Positions 1-9,654 of a DNA stretch of 64,000 nucleotides are shown piece after piece. Made by a program: the position numbers and the translations under genes. The stretch's first letter is position 1, and every line of letters starts with the position of its first letter. Where the stretch lies: assembly GCF_036919815.1 (NCBI RefSeq), contig NZ_JBALCE010000051.1, forward strand, positions 4,819 through 68,818, given 5' to 3'. The notes under the pieces were generated by a model. That model had not been told where the DNA came from and ran no database searches. It worked only from the letters and a program-made list of their open reading frames with translations. Source of the DNA: Nostoc sp. Lineage in GTDB: Bacteria > Cyanobacteriota > Cyanobacteriia > Cyanobacteriales > Nostocaceae.

Positions 1-284
1 TAGTAAGAAATACAAGCAGGTGAACAGATAAAATTTATTTAATTAGGAGTTTAAAAAGTTTAAGAGGACAAAATTGTATCTACCAAGAGCCATGCCAGAC
101 TTTTGTCCTACCAGTTAGATGACAAGACAAAAGGTAAAAACTTACCTTTCACTCCCATTGATGATATTTTCCCACAAGCGATTGAACATCTGCAAAAAGG
201 CTAGTGCAGTTTGTAAATATCAATTGAAATACCAACAATCCCATAAACTGAATTAGTTTACTTCATCCCAGATAACTAAAAACT

Positions 285-758
285 ATGATGAATCAAGACA
301 TTGCTGGCATTACTAGTAACTTAGATAAGACAGTGAAGGCTCAACAATTTGACAAAGTAGTTGAAGCAATTCTTGCTGGAAAATATTCCTGGGCATGTGT
401 TTTAATGCTGCGATTTGCTGGGTATAATCCTCTGCATTACATTCCATATCGCACCTACAATCGAGTACTAAAAGAAAACTCTAATACCAGTAGGACAAAT
501 CAACAGCAAAGTGAAAATCTAAAAATGCTGAAACAGGCTAATGATTCAATATCTGATAGTAATGTATCATCAAACTGCTTAAGCAAAATCAAAGACTTAG
601 CTTATCGGGAAGTAGTTGGTAAGCAAAAAACAGAAATTCGTGGTGGTAATTTAGATCAGAGATTGGCACAGCAAGTTAACGATCATCAATCAATGAAATC
701 GCAATTAAAACCAGAAAACACTCAAGAGATTTCCTTGAAACGCTGTGGATTCAATTAA
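285..758 (+). CDS. HetP-family protein (homologue of the heterocyst-commitment factor HetP)
   Basis: 157-aa ORF. The block [40 protein letters not shown] matches the conserved N-terminal HetP domain as I recall it from Anabaena/Nostoc. The C-terminus is Ser/Asn/Gln-rich and low-complexity. A hairpin plus T-run follows at 811-852. Confidence 0.6.
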   Translation: MMNQDIAGITSNLDKTVKAQQFDKVVEAILAGKYSWACVLMLRFAGYNPLHYIPYRTYNRVLKENSNTSRTNQQQSENLKMLKQANDSISDSNVSSNCLSKIKDLAYREVVGKQKTEIRGGNLDQRLAQQVNDHQSMKSQLKPENTQEISLKRCGFN

Positions 759-810
759 AACCTATTTGGAATCAATAGATTCTGCCCTAGAGTTGATTGA
801 GTGTCTGAGA

Positions 811-852
811 GCCTGCTATGCTAATTTAAAATTTCGAGCATGGCAGGTTTTC
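811..852 (+). terminator. Rho-independent terminator candidate after the hetP-like gene
   Basis: Arms gcctgctatgct (811-822) and agcatggcagg (837-847) pair with one mismatch. They are followed by ttttc. Confidence 0.5.
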
Positions 853-1428
853 TATAGCAGTGATTAATTTGATATTATTTTAATAAATCTGCCAAAATGG
901 CAAATATATACTGAGAAGATTGGTAAACTAATAACAACTACAACTTCAACCAAAATAGAGGTGATTGGCAAGCAAGTTAATTTTAAAAAATAAAATCAAT
1001 GATTAGTTCTGACTATGAAATAAATCAAACTGATTACAAAAGTAGTCAGCATTGCAGGGAGTAAATAACTCCTACACCAAGACCGATGACTCAACCGTTG
1101 CTACTGGTGGTTCTATTTTCGAGGAAGTCTAAGCAAAGAGAACTTGGAGCGGTAGCTTCTCCCAATCCAAATTTTACACAGCTTTCATCGACTGCAGACG
1201 GTGCGAGTAATGCTTATAAAACTTTCTAGACTGTGGTTGGTGTTGCTTTAGTTAATAAAGCAAACGCTTAACACCAACACCAGGAACGGAAATAGAAAGT
1301 TTCGGTGAAATTGTTGTCGTGGCTGGTAGAACTAGTAGATCATACGCTTCTCTTTCGACTATTGTAATCCTAGTCCTCCCAACCTGGATTATCTCTAGTT
1401 TCTCAACTTTGAATTTATATAGCAACTA

Positions 1429-1465
1429 CTGGAAGTTCAAAACTTGAATAGCTTCCAGTTTTTTT
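1429..1465 (+). terminator. Strong rho-independent terminator ending an ORF-less ~600-nt region
   Basis: ctggaag (1429-1435) pairs with cttccag (1452-1458), with extra ttcaa/ttgaa pairing inside. Seven T residues follow (1459-1465). Confidence 0.6.
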
Positions 1466-1600
1466 ATGTGTAAGAAATAAGAATTAAATAACATACAATT
1501 TATGTCCCTGGTTTACCTCACCCTCAATCCCTCTCCGATATATTGGAGAGGGAAGCTAGATACAGGATGAAGTTTTGCATTTTATTTAATCCATGTTCCT

Positions 1601-1640
1601 AAATAAAAGTAGGGTGAGCAATTTGCCCACCCTACTTTTT
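1601..1640. terminator. Bidirectional terminator hairpin downstream of rpe
   Basis: The gtagggtg...caccctac stem is flanked by an A-run on the left and a T-run on the right. It lies 28 nt past the rpe stop codon. Confidence 0.55.
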
Positions 1641-1667
1641 GTAGAGTACAGTTAATCTAAAAATGAA

Positions 1668-2375
1668 TTAAACTTTGGCTAATTCTGGGGTAGGACGCTT
1701 GCTACTGCGAATTGCTGCGATCGCCTCAGCATAATCTTTAGCGTTAAATACAGCAGAACCCGCGACAACTGCATTAGCTCCCGCTTCCAAAACTTGCCAG
1801 GTATTATTTGCCTTCAATCCTCCATCCACTTCAATCCAAGGGTCAAGACCGCGTTCATCACACATTTGACGCAGTTTGCGGATTTTAGGTAATACACCAG
1901 GGATAAAACTTTGACCACCAAAACCAGGGTTGACGCTCATAATCAGTACTAAATCGCACAAATCTAGAACGTATTCAATTAGCTCTAGAGGGCTACCAGG
2001 ATTAAGTACAACTCCAGCTTTCTTACCAAGTTCTTTAATTTGTCCCAAGGTGCGGTGCAGGTGTGGGGAAGCATTATGCTCGCAGTGTACCGAGATATGA
2101 TCGGCGCCCGCCTTAGCAAATCCCTCTACATACTTTTCTGGCTCCACAATCATCAAGTGGACATCTATTGGCTTGGTCGTAATCGGACGAATCGCCTCCA
2201 CAACCAGAGGTCCTATCGTAATATTGGGTACAAAACGACCGTCCATTACATCAACATGAATCCAATCTGCTCCAGCCGCATCTATGGCGCGAATTTCGTC
2301 ACCCAGACGACTAAAATCGGCTGATAGGATAGATGGAGCAATTACAATGTGCTTTTGAGATAGGTTTTGGGTCAT
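1668..2375 (-). CDS. rpe: Ribulose-phosphate 3-epimerase
   Basis: [42 protein letters not shown] and [12 protein letters not shown] are classic Rpe motifs. I start at the internal ATG 2375 (MTQNLSQ...) because the longer ORF start at 2432 runs into repeat DNA. Confidence 0.9.
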   Translation of the reverse strand: MTQNLSQKHIVIAPSILSADFSRLGDEIRAIDAAGADWIHVDVMDGRFVPNITIGPLVVEAIRPITTKPIDVHLMIVEPEKYVEGFAKAGADHISVHCEHNASPHLHRTLGQIKELGKKAGVVLNPGSPLELIEYVLDLCDLVLIMSVNPGFGGQSFIPGVLPKIRKLRQMCDERGLDPWIEVDGGLKANNTWQVLEAGANAVVAGSAVFNAKDYAEAIAAIRSSKRPTPELAKV

Positions 2376-2480
2376 GGCTAGTGGGTTTTTAAGCGTCCTC
2401 ATCTGTACGCATTGTAACAAAACATTGAGCAAGACTCATAATTTTGATCTTGGCTTTTTTGGAGGGATGGGGAGTGGGAA

Positions 2481-2515
2481 GTGGGCTTGCCGTGAGCGTA
2501 GCCGAATGGGAGTGG
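2481..2515 (+). repeat. Dispersed 35-nt repeat (copy 1 of 3)
   Basis: gtgggcttgccgtgagcgtagccgaatgggagtgg is identical to 7500-7534. A reverse-complement copy with a few mismatches lies at 56154-56188. Confidence 0.9.
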
Positions 2516-2545
2516 GGGAGATGAGGGAGAATAATAAATAACTCT

Positions 2546-2594
2546 TGACCAATGACCAATGACAAATGACCAATGACAAATGACAAATGACAAA
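2546..2594 (+). repeat. STRR heptamer array (tgaccaa/tgacaaa x7)
   Basis: Seven directly abutting 7-nt units read from the sequence. This is typical of heterocystous cyanobacterial short tandemly repeated repetitive sequences. Confidence 0.9.
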
Positions 2595-2597
2595 TAT

Positions 2598-2649
2598 TTC
2601 TCTACGAGACGCTACGCGAACGGCTTCTCTACGAGACGCTACGCGAACG
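2598..2649 (+). repeat. Two tandem copies of a 25-nt SDR-like unit
   Basis: ttctctacgagacgctacgcgaacg occurs at 2598-2622 and 2625-2649. Related ctacgcg/cgtctcgtagagaag strings recur at 19040-19085, 22601-22743, 31801-31823, 46400-46445 and 56280-56315. Confidence 0.85.
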
Positions 2650-2673
2650 CTCAGTACAAGTGACCAATGACTA

Positions 2674-4269
2674 ATGACTAAAAAACTAACCTGGATAATT
2701 TGGGGATTAGGTGCTTTCTGTCTGAGTGCGCCGGTAATTGCTTCAGCTTTAGAATCTATCCTGGGAACTAACGGCATTGATGCTCTAAAGCTACACCAAG
2801 CTCCTTATAATTTAATCGGTCGTAAGATTGCTATTGGTCAAGTGGAAGTCGGCCGACCGGGAATGTTTGGGTGGGATAAGGCGGCGTCTAAAAATCGTGC
2901 TGTATCTTTAGCGGGGGTCTTCTTACGCAATGGACCAGCTAAATCAAATAGCGGTGTTGACTCCCACGCCTACAATGTCGCTGGTGTGATGGTAAGTCAA
3001 GACAAAGCTTTGCCGGGAGTTGCTCCGGGAGCGCGACTGTATTCGTCTGCGGTAGGTTCTACTAAAAACATGGGTCAGTCGGAAGAGTGCTTATCAGCCC
3101 AGCATATAGCGCTACAAAATGGTGGTGATGTGCGTGCCATTAACTTTAGCTTTGGTGAACCTCTGAGCCGCGATCCTCGGCCGGAGGCTACTTTAGACGG
3201 CAATGCTTTGCTAACTTTATGTGTTGACTGGTCTAGTCACGTTCATGATGTTTTGTATGCGATCGCAGGCAACCAGGGTAAGGGGGGTATTCCCATTCCT
3301 ACAGATAATTTTAACGGAGTGAACGTGGCTTTTTCATCCCGCCGAGGAGGAGTTTTTAATAAAGTAGACGTGGCTAATCTGGCGGGTGCTAACCAAGGTG
3401 TGAGTGGAAGGCTAGCTGGAAGGGAATTTGATCTTGGTGGGCGAGGCGCTATCAGTTTAGTTGCTCCTGGCAATAACATTCCTTTGCTCAATCCCGATGG
3501 CAAAGTGAACAAGGTTACAGGGACAAGTTTTGCAGCGCCTCAAATTACGGCTACTGTTGCTCTGTTGCAGGAATTTGGTGACAGACAGGTGCGGACAAAA
3601 CAACCCCATTGGAGCATCGATTCTCGACATCATCAAGTCATGAAAGCTGTATTGCTGAATTCAGCAGACAAAATCCAAGATAGCGGTGATGGCTTACGGT
3701 TGGGAATGACTCGGACGCTAATTGATAAACAAAATCAAAACTGGCTAGATTCTGATGCTTATAAAGATCCGAAGATTCCCTTGGATGCCCAAATGGGAGC
3801 GGGTCATTTAAACGCATTTCGCGCTTATCAGCAATTTAGTGCTGGTGAATGGCCGCCATCAGCTGCGGTGCCGGCTATTGGTTGGGATTATCGCACAGTC
3901 GATGTTGGAGCATCTGTTGACTATATTTTAGCAAAACCGTTAAAGCAGGGGAGTTTTGTTGCTGTGACGCTGAGTTGGGATCGATTGGTGGAACTCAACG
4001 ATCGCAATAAAAACCAGCAATATGACGTGGGCGAAAATTTTCGCGATCGCGGTTTGAATAATCTCGACCTATATTTAGTAAAAGCAAATACTCAAAATTC
4101 AGATCCTGATGTCGTTTGCTCCTCAATCAGCCAAATCGATAGTGTAGAACATATTTTCTGCCCTGTTGCTGCTACTGGCAATTACAAAATCCGCGTCCAG
4201 TTTCGTCAAAAGCTCAATGAAGCGACTCAACCCTATAGTTTAGCTTGGTGGAGTGTGCCTATCAATTGA
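2674..4269 (+). CDS. Secreted subtilisin-like serine peptidase (S8 family)
   Basis: N-terminal signal peptide (LGAFCLSAPVIASA). It has the His motif SHAYNVAGVM, the oxyanion Asn in AIAGNQGKGG and the Ser motif GTSFAAPQIT. The start codon sits inside a heptamer repeat. Confidence 0.8.
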   Translation: MTKKLTWIIWGLGAFCLSAPVIASALESILGTNGIDALKLHQAPYNLIGRKIAIGQVEVGRPGMFGWDKAASKNRAVSLAGVFLRNGPAKSNSGVDSHAYNVAGVMVSQDKALPGVAPGARLYSSAVGSTKNMGQSEECLSAQHIALQNGGDVRAINFSFGEPLSRDPRPEATLDGNALLTLCVDWSSHVHDVLYAIAGNQGKGGIPIPTDNFNGVNVAFSSRRGGVFNKVDVANLAGANQGVSGRLAGREFDLGGRGAISLVAPGNNIPLLNPDGKVNKVTGTSFAAPQITATVALLQEFGDRQVRTKQPHWSIDSRHHQVMKAVLLNSADKIQDSGDGLRLGMTRTLIDKQNQNWLDSDAYKDPKIPLDAQMGAGHLNAFRAYQQFSAGEWPPSAAVPAIGWDYRTVDVGASVDYILAKPLKQGSFVAVTLSWDRLVELNDRNKNQQYDVGENFRDRGLNNLDLYLVKANTQNSDPDVVCSSISQIDSVEHIFCPVAATGNYKIRVQFRQKLNEATQPYSLAWWSVPIN

Positions 4270-4273
4270 AATC

Positions 4274-4295
4274 GGGACGCACAGCCGTGCGTCCC
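4274..4295 (+). terminator. GC-rich hairpin just after the peptidase stop (no T-run)
   Basis: gggacgcac agcc gtgcgtccc gives a perfect 9-bp stem 5 nt after the stop codon. It could be a terminator or just a palindromic repeat. Confidence 0.3.
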
Positions 4296-4689
4296 TACGA
4301 AAGTTCTGTATTTGTGAACTTCCCACGCTCATTTGAGTGAGACGTGGGATGAATTGCTATTTCAGCTAAGAAACGTTATTTTGATTTTCTCTATAAGAAC
4401 CCCAGAACAGTGGTTATTTTGTGATTAGGTAGCTTACAATACGTTTATTCCTAAATAGGAAAATTCCTAAAAATCAAAATTCTTTATAACTCGTCTGCAT
4501 CGCCGCCTGAATAAGGAATTTGCAACTATAACAAGTTGTGTTTAATTCTTCTGACCTACTAACTTGCTGTTACAGTTTCTGTAACAGTCCCATTTTTCTA
4601 TTGGAGCAAATGCAATAGTTAATCATTGACACACTATCTGCGTCAACCCTAAGCACAGCTCGGGAATCTTTGGCAAGTGAGGTAAGAGA

Positions 4690-6018
4690 ATGAATAGGCA
4701 GAAATTGAGTGATGCGAAAGAAAATTTCCTGCAAAGGCGTTACGGTGTTAGTCTGGGCAGACGTTATGCTCTGGCAGCTGCAAGTGTTGTTCTATTCGGT
4801 GTATTAGGGTGTTCTCAAGTCGATAGTAATAAAAGTGCCCTTGCCCAATCTAGTTTACCTCAGCCAGAAACTCCATTGCAAAAAAAAACACTCAAGACTG
4901 ATCCAAAAATCGTTGAGTCTAGCAATAAGTTTGGCTTCAAACTATTTTCAGAAGTTCGGAAAAATGATCCGAGTCAGAAGAATATTTTTATCTCACCTAT
5001 GAGTGTCGCTCTGGCTCTGGCTATGACTTACAACGGTGCTAGCGGCTCGACTCAACAAGCGATCGCAAAAACCCTGGAATTACAGGGGATGAATCTACCA
5101 GAAATCAACTCCTCTTACGCGGCGGCATTAAAGCAGCTTTTAGACAATCCAGATGCAAAAGTGCAACTAAATATCGCTAACTCACTTTGGGCAAATCAAG
5201 ATTTTAGATTTGCGCCAGACTTCCTCCAGAGAACACAGGATTTCTATCAAGCCAAAGTTAGCAATTTAAACTTTAAAGATGCCGCCGCACCTAGTATTAT
5301 CAACAACTGGGTAAAAGAAAATACTAACGGCAAAATCGATAAGATAGTTGAAACCATCAAACCAGACGATGTGTTATTTCTGATTAATGCCATATATTTT
5401 AAAGGAAAATGGAGCAAAGAATTTGATAAAAATCAAACTGCTCAATATCCTTTTTACAGCACATCTGGCAAGCAAAAACAACACCCGATGATGTCACAAA
5501 CTGGTGACTATAGATACTATGAAAGCAAACAATTTCAGGCAGTTAGTTTACCTTACGGCAAAGATGGTAAATTCAGTTTTTATATTTTCCTGCCCAAACA
5601 GAACTCTAACCTCAAAGCCTTCTATCAAAACTTGAATGTTCAAAACTGGGAAAAATGGATGACTCAGTTCAACAAACAAAAAGGCTTTATTCGCTTACCC
5701 CGCTTTAAAACAGAGTATGATATTACACTCAATGATGCCTTAAAAAGTTTAGGCATGGAAGAGGCTTTCAGCAACAAAGCCAATTTTTCCGGCATGGGTA
5801 AAAATTTTGCCATTAGCCAAGTTAAGCATAAAACTTTTGTGGAAGTGAATGAAGAAGGCACGGAAGCGGCTGCGGCTACTTCAGTGGGAATAGTAGCAAC
5901 AGCTTTTAGAGAAGAACCAGAACCATTCCGAATGATTGTTGATCGTCCCTTCTTCTCTGCGATTAGGGATAATCAAACGGGAAGCGTTTTATTTATGGGT
6001 TCGATCATTGAGCCATAG
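4690..6018 (+). CDS. Serpin-family protease inhibitor, probable lipoprotein
   Basis: FISPMSVALALAMTYNGASGSTQ is a serpin N-terminal core. The hinge and reactive-centre loop read NEEGTEAAAATSVGIVATAF, followed by the C-terminal DRPFFSAIRD. Lipobox FGVLGC lies near the N-terminus. Confidence 0.85.
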   Translation: MNRQKLSDAKENFLQRRYGVSLGRRYALAAASVVLFGVLGCSQVDSNKSALAQSSLPQPETPLQKKTLKTDPKIVESSNKFGFKLFSEVRKNDPSQKNIFISPMSVALALAMTYNGASGSTQQAIAKTLELQGMNLPEINSSYAAALKQLLDNPDAKVQLNIANSLWANQDFRFAPDFLQRTQDFYQAKVSNLNFKDAAAPSIINNWVKENTNGKIDKIVETIKPDDVLFLINAIYFKGKWSKEFDKNQTAQYPFYSTSGKQKQHPMMSQTGDYRYYESKQFQAVSLPYGKDGKFSFYIFLPKQNSNLKAFYQNLNVQNWEKWMTQFNKQKGFIRLPRFKTEYDITLNDALKSLGMEEAFSNKANFSGMGKNFAISQVKHKTFVEVNEEGTEAAAATSVGIVATAFREEPEPFRMIVDRPFFSAIRDNQTGSVLFMGSIIEP

Positions 6019-6068
6019 AAAAAAATTCAAAATTTCTTTATTTTGAATTTTGAATTTTGTTAGCGCAG

Positions 6069-6180
6069 CGTTAGCGAGTCTGCGTTCGCTTTTAGCGTCT
6101 GTCTTTGCTACGCAACGCTACCGCGAACGACACGCTGCGCGTAGCTTGTCCTCCGCCAGGAGTACGTAGAGAGCGTCATT
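6069..6180 (+). mobile_element. MITE-like composite of small dispersed repeats (copy A)
   Basis: The reverse complement is identical over its first 94 nt to 9655-9748. It is flanked by ttttgaa heptamers. Confidence 0.7.
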
Positions 6181-6192
6181 TTGAATTGAATT

Positions 6193-7359
6193 CTAGGGTA
6201 ATGTCGCTTCAGAAATACTCAATGTGTTCTTAGCGTCAGCTTTTGGTAACTCGTTTGCGGCAACGGGTGCAGTTATCTCCGCAGTGGTGCTGTCGTTTGT
6301 CTGGCTACCAGGACGCAAGGCACTTAAAGCAGTCTTAATCACAACAGCTGTGGGTACTGCCACAATTACACCCAACAGTCCGCCAATTCTTGCCCCTGTC
6401 AAGACTGATATTAAAATCCAAACTGGATTTAAACCGGTAAAACTGCCTAAAATTCGGGGGGCAATTAAGTTTTCGAGAATTTGCTGGACAATTACTGCTG
6501 CTATCAAGACTCTCACACCCATTGAGAAATCTTGCAAGGCTACCAATAGTGTAGTCAGGGCAATACCTACAGAACCACCAAAGGGGACGAGAGCCATCAG
6601 TCCAATAGTCAGCCCGAAAAGTAGACCAAATGGCACTTTCAGCCACAAAAAGGTAGGAATGAGGGCTGAGGCCATACAGGTAGATAAAATCAGTTGGGTG
6701 ATGAAGAAATTTTGGAAGCTGAGGCGGACTGTTTTGGAAAAAGGATCGCGAAATTTATCAGGTAGCCATTCTACTAAACTTTGCCAGAGTTCACCCCCAT
6801 GCTGTAAGAGATAGAAAGTCAAAACCATCGTCAAGAGAATATCTAGCAGACTAGTGACTGTAACTACCGCCAGATTTAAAACTTGTCCAGCGATCGCTTG
6901 CAATTGTCCCTTGACGCGATCGTTGATTTGCACTACCAGAGCATCAAGGTTAATCGGTAAGCCGAAAGTCTCAGCTTTTTCGTTTAATATCATTAACTGA
7001 GAGCGTCCAGAGTCGATCAATTCTGGCAAACGAGCCACCAATTGTTGAGCTTGGGTAAGTGCTAGGGGAATAAGTGTAACACCCAACGCCAATAAAATCG
7101 ATAAAGCCAAGAGAAATACTAGGATAGAAACTTGCTCTCGCCTAGCACCATGATGCTCCATCCAACTCACGGGGTAGTTGAGCAGAAATGCTAGTACTGA
7201 GGCTGCGACTAAAATGACTATGAGAGAATGGAAATAATTAAAAAATACCGAAAGTGTCCAACCATTGAGAACTAGTAGCGGAACGAATAACGCGATCGCC
7301 CCGATTCGCGCTATTGGTGTAAATGTTTGCCACCAGTCGAGTAGCTTGCGTGTCTGCAT
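6193..7359 (-). CDS. AI-2E family transporter (PerM/UPF0118-type permease)
   Basis: 388-aa polytopic membrane protein. The C-terminal core GARIGGLLGVIVAVPTAVVIK is typical of this family as I remember it. Confidence 0.7.
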   Translation of the reverse strand: MQTRKLLDWWQTFTPIARIGAIALFVPLLVLNGWTLSVFFNYFHSLIVILVAASVLAFLLNYPVSWMEHHGARREQVSILVFLLALSILLALGVTLIPLALTQAQQLVARLPELIDSGRSQLMILNEKAETFGLPINLDALVVQINDRVKGQLQAIAGQVLNLAVVTVTSLLDILLTMVLTFYLLQHGGELWQSLVEWLPDKFRDPFSKTVRLSFQNFFITQLILSTCMASALIPTFLWLKVPFGLLFGLTIGLMALVPFGGSVGIALTTLLVALQDFSMGVRVLIAAVIVQQILENLIAPRILGSFTGLNPVWILISVLTGARIGGLLGVIVAVPTAVVIKTALSALRPGSQTNDSTTAEITAPVAANELPKADAKNTLSISEATLP

Positions 7360-7499
7360 TTTGAACTGATTGCGGATAGAACTAAATGAAATCTTTCTTT
7401 ACAGCTTATTATCTCTAACTATATGAGTCTCATTCATCCTTCTAGTTTAGGAGTTAGACTAATCCCAATGGAGAATTTTGAACCGAAAGAGAACGGAGA

Positions 7500-7534
7500 G
7501 TGGGCTTGCCGTGAGCGTAGCCGAATGGGAGTGG
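7500..7534 (+). repeat. Dispersed 35-nt repeat (copy 2 of 3)
   Basis: Identical to 2481-2515. As in copy 1, it is followed by ggagaataataa and a heptamer array (atgcccc x3 at 7562-7582). Confidence 0.9.
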
Positions 7535-7575
7535 AGAGTGGCGAGCAAGGGGAGAATAATAATGCCCCATGCCCC

Positions 7576-7917
7576 ATGCCCAAAACACAATTGCTTTTAT
7601 ATTTGATTCCGATCATCGGCTTTTTTCCGTCCTTGTGGACTCTCTATCAAGGCCAGGGTAGTCGGGAACAACTTGCGATTAGTCGTCTGTCTATTACTTT
7701 GGCACTTATTTGGCTGTTGGGATATCTATTATTAGCTAGCGGAGCAGCAACTTCAGATTTTTTGACGCTACGTCTATTTATCCTCAATAGCTTTCTCACA
7801 TCGGGTTACTTTTTAGTGAGTGTCTGGTTGATTTTGCGGCTGATGCAGGGCAAATCTGGGCGTTTACCAGGCTTTAGTACTTTAGCAGAACGAGTGCTTG
7901 GCAAGTATTTATCTTAA
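7576..7917 (+). CDS. Small membrane protein (3-4 predicted TM helices), function unknown
   Basis: Hydrophobic segments LLLYLIPIIGFFPSLW, LALIWLLGYLLLA and FLTSGYFLVSVWLILRL. I start at ATG 7576 because the upstream part of ORF 7423-7917 is translated repeat DNA. Confidence 0.4.
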   Translation: MPKTQLLLYLIPIIGFFPSLWTLYQGQGSREQLAISRLSITLALIWLLGYLLLASGAATSDFLTLRLFILNSFLTSGYFLVSVWLILRLMQGKSGRLPGFSTLAERVLGKYLS

Positions 7918-8191
7918 TTGTTTCGGGTGATGATTTGCCAGTATTTTTACTTATTTCGTGAAAATTACGGTTGATTTATCCATAATATCTAGTCAAATCC
8001 AGTTTATTATTGCCATACTTCAGTAAAACATCTCCAGGTTGCCCCAAAAGAATGATAAATGCTGCTATAAGTGTTGTGGTTGACACGAGATTAAAAAAGT
8101 TAGCAGTGATAATTAAGAGTTAGCTATTATGAATTGATTTGTCAGCATATTTTTAGTCTGCAAATTTACCGAATTTGATTAGTGAGTAAGT

Positions 8192-9628
8192 GTGAGGAAG
8201 TCTGTGACCATTCAAAGAAGTTCGGCGGAAGAAAACCAGTCGGGAAAAGCCTCAAAGCCCAGTGACAAAATTTCCCAGAGCTCGAAATCAGGACGTTGGC
8301 TATGGTTTTGGGTAGGTATGAGTGGTATTGCAATGGTGTCAGCAACTGCGGGGGCGCTTTTGGCGGTGTCTTTGACTAGTACGCCTTTGCAACAAGCCCA
8401 GCTAAGTCCAAAGGATGAGGCGGTGTTTGATGGCGATCGCATCTCTGGAGGTGTGTTACGATTTTCAGAATTAACTCGCCCGGTGAATCTCTTAGTTATG
8501 GGGATGAGCGTACTTCCGCCGGATATCCAAAACCCTCCCCCAGAAACGAAAAACCTCAGATACCAGCCCCAGGTAAACTCCTTTGATGGTCTTTCGGATG
8601 TGATGCTCTTGCTCAAATTTGATCCAGAGACGAAAAAAATAATTATGCTCTCTATTCCCAGAGATACTCGCACAGAAATAGAGGGGTATGGGGTAAAAAA
8701 AATTAATGCTGCCAATGTTGACGGTGGACCAGCTTTGACTGCTAGAACCGTCAGTAATCTCTTGGGTGGGGCGGGAATTGATCGTTATGTCCGAATTAAC
8801 GTTCTGGGAGTTGCCAAGCTGATCGATGTTTTGGGTGGCGTCACAGTCTACGTCCCCAAAAATATGAAGTACCAAGATGATTCTCAGCATTTGTACATCA
8901 ATTTAAAGGCGGGTAAGCAGCATCTCAACGGCGATCAGACACTGCAATTGCTGCGTTTTCGCCATGACGAACTCGGTGATATTGGTCGGATTCAGCGCCA
9001 GCAAATGGTGATGCGGGCTTTGATGGATCAAACACTCAACCCAGCTACTGTTGCTCAATTACCTAAAGTTCTGGATGTAGTCAAAGACCACATCGATACC
9101 AATTTGACGGTTGAGGAGTTAGTGGCGCTAATGGGTTTTGGGGTGCGGACAAATCGCTCTAATATGCAAATGTTAATGCTCCCAGGTCGCTTTAGCGAGA
9201 AAGGTGAGTTTGATGCTAGCTATTGGTTGCCCAACAAAAATGGGATTGCGAAACTGATGGCTCAACATTTTGGTTTAGAGTCAGAACAGGAACAGCTGGC
9301 GACTACGGCTGACCTAGGCTCTTTGCGTGTAGCAATTCAAGATAGTACAGGTGGCGATCGCTCTAACCTGCGACCATTAATTAGAGCCTTGGAAAAATCT
9401 GGATATCGCAACATCTATGTCGCCAAAGCATGGGGTGAACCTCTAGAGGTAACTCACATTGTCGCCCAGCAAGGAGATGGTGACACTGCCGAATCAATTC
9501 GCAACACTTTGGGATTTGGAGAAGTGCGTGTGGAAAGTACTGGCAACCTTGCCTCGGATATCAGTATCCAAGTGGGTCAGGATTGGTTACAACAAAAATC
9601 TATTTTGGAGAAGTCGGGGACGAAATAA
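8192..9628 (+). CDS. LCP (LytR-CpsA-Psr) family cell-envelope protein
   Basis: N-terminal TM helix. The LCP core reads MLLKFDPETKKIIMLSIPRDTRTEIEGYG...INAA...GGPALTARTVSNLLG..IDRYVRINVLGVAKLIDVLGGVTVYVP. GTG start. Confidence 0.8.
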   Translation: MRKSVTIQRSSAEENQSGKASKPSDKISQSSKSGRWLWFWVGMSGIAMVSATAGALLAVSLTSTPLQQAQLSPKDEAVFDGDRISGGVLRFSELTRPVNLLVMGMSVLPPDIQNPPPETKNLRYQPQVNSFDGLSDVMLLLKFDPETKKIIMLSIPRDTRTEIEGYGVKKINAANVDGGPALTARTVSNLLGGAGIDRYVRINVLGVAKLIDVLGGVTVYVPKNMKYQDDSQHLYINLKAGKQHLNGDQTLQLLRFRHDELGDIGRIQRQQMVMRALMDQTLNPATVAQLPKVLDVVKDHIDTNLTVEELVALMGFGVRTNRSNMQMLMLPGRFSEKGEFDASYWLPNKNGIAKLMAQHFGLESEQEQLATTADLGSLRVAIQDSTGGDRSNLRPLIRALEKSGYRNIYVAKAWGEPLEVTHIVAQQGDGDTAESIRNTLGFGEVRVESTGNLASDISIQVGQDWLQQKSILEKSGTK

Positions 9629-9654
9629 TTCGTAATTCGTAATTCGTAATTCGT
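9627..9654 (+). repeat. STRR heptamer array (aattcgt x4) overlapping the LCP stop codon
   Basis: Four abutting units read directly. A partly palindromic cgtaattcgtaattaattacgaatt follows the MITE at 9787-9810. Confidence 0.9.

Noticed and set aside
2389-2777. Three overlapping minus-strand ORFs (65, 64 and 113 aa).
   Set aside because: They consist of translated STRR heptamers and SDR repeats (VIGHWSL-type peptides) in the rpe/peptidase intergenic region.
6224-6814. A long antisense ORF inside the AI-2E transporter gene. Similar antisense ORFs lie inside rpe, the peptidase, LCP, the HEAT gene, nirA, the PP2C gene, treY, treZ and others.
   Set aside because: Each lies wholly within a gene that has clear family motifs on the opposite strand or in another frame. 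None shows a recognisable domain.
7423-7575. A longer 164-aa version of the small membrane protein ORF.
   Set aside because: The N-terminal 51 codons translate the dispersed 35-nt repeat and the heptamer array. ATG 7576 precedes the hydrophobic part.
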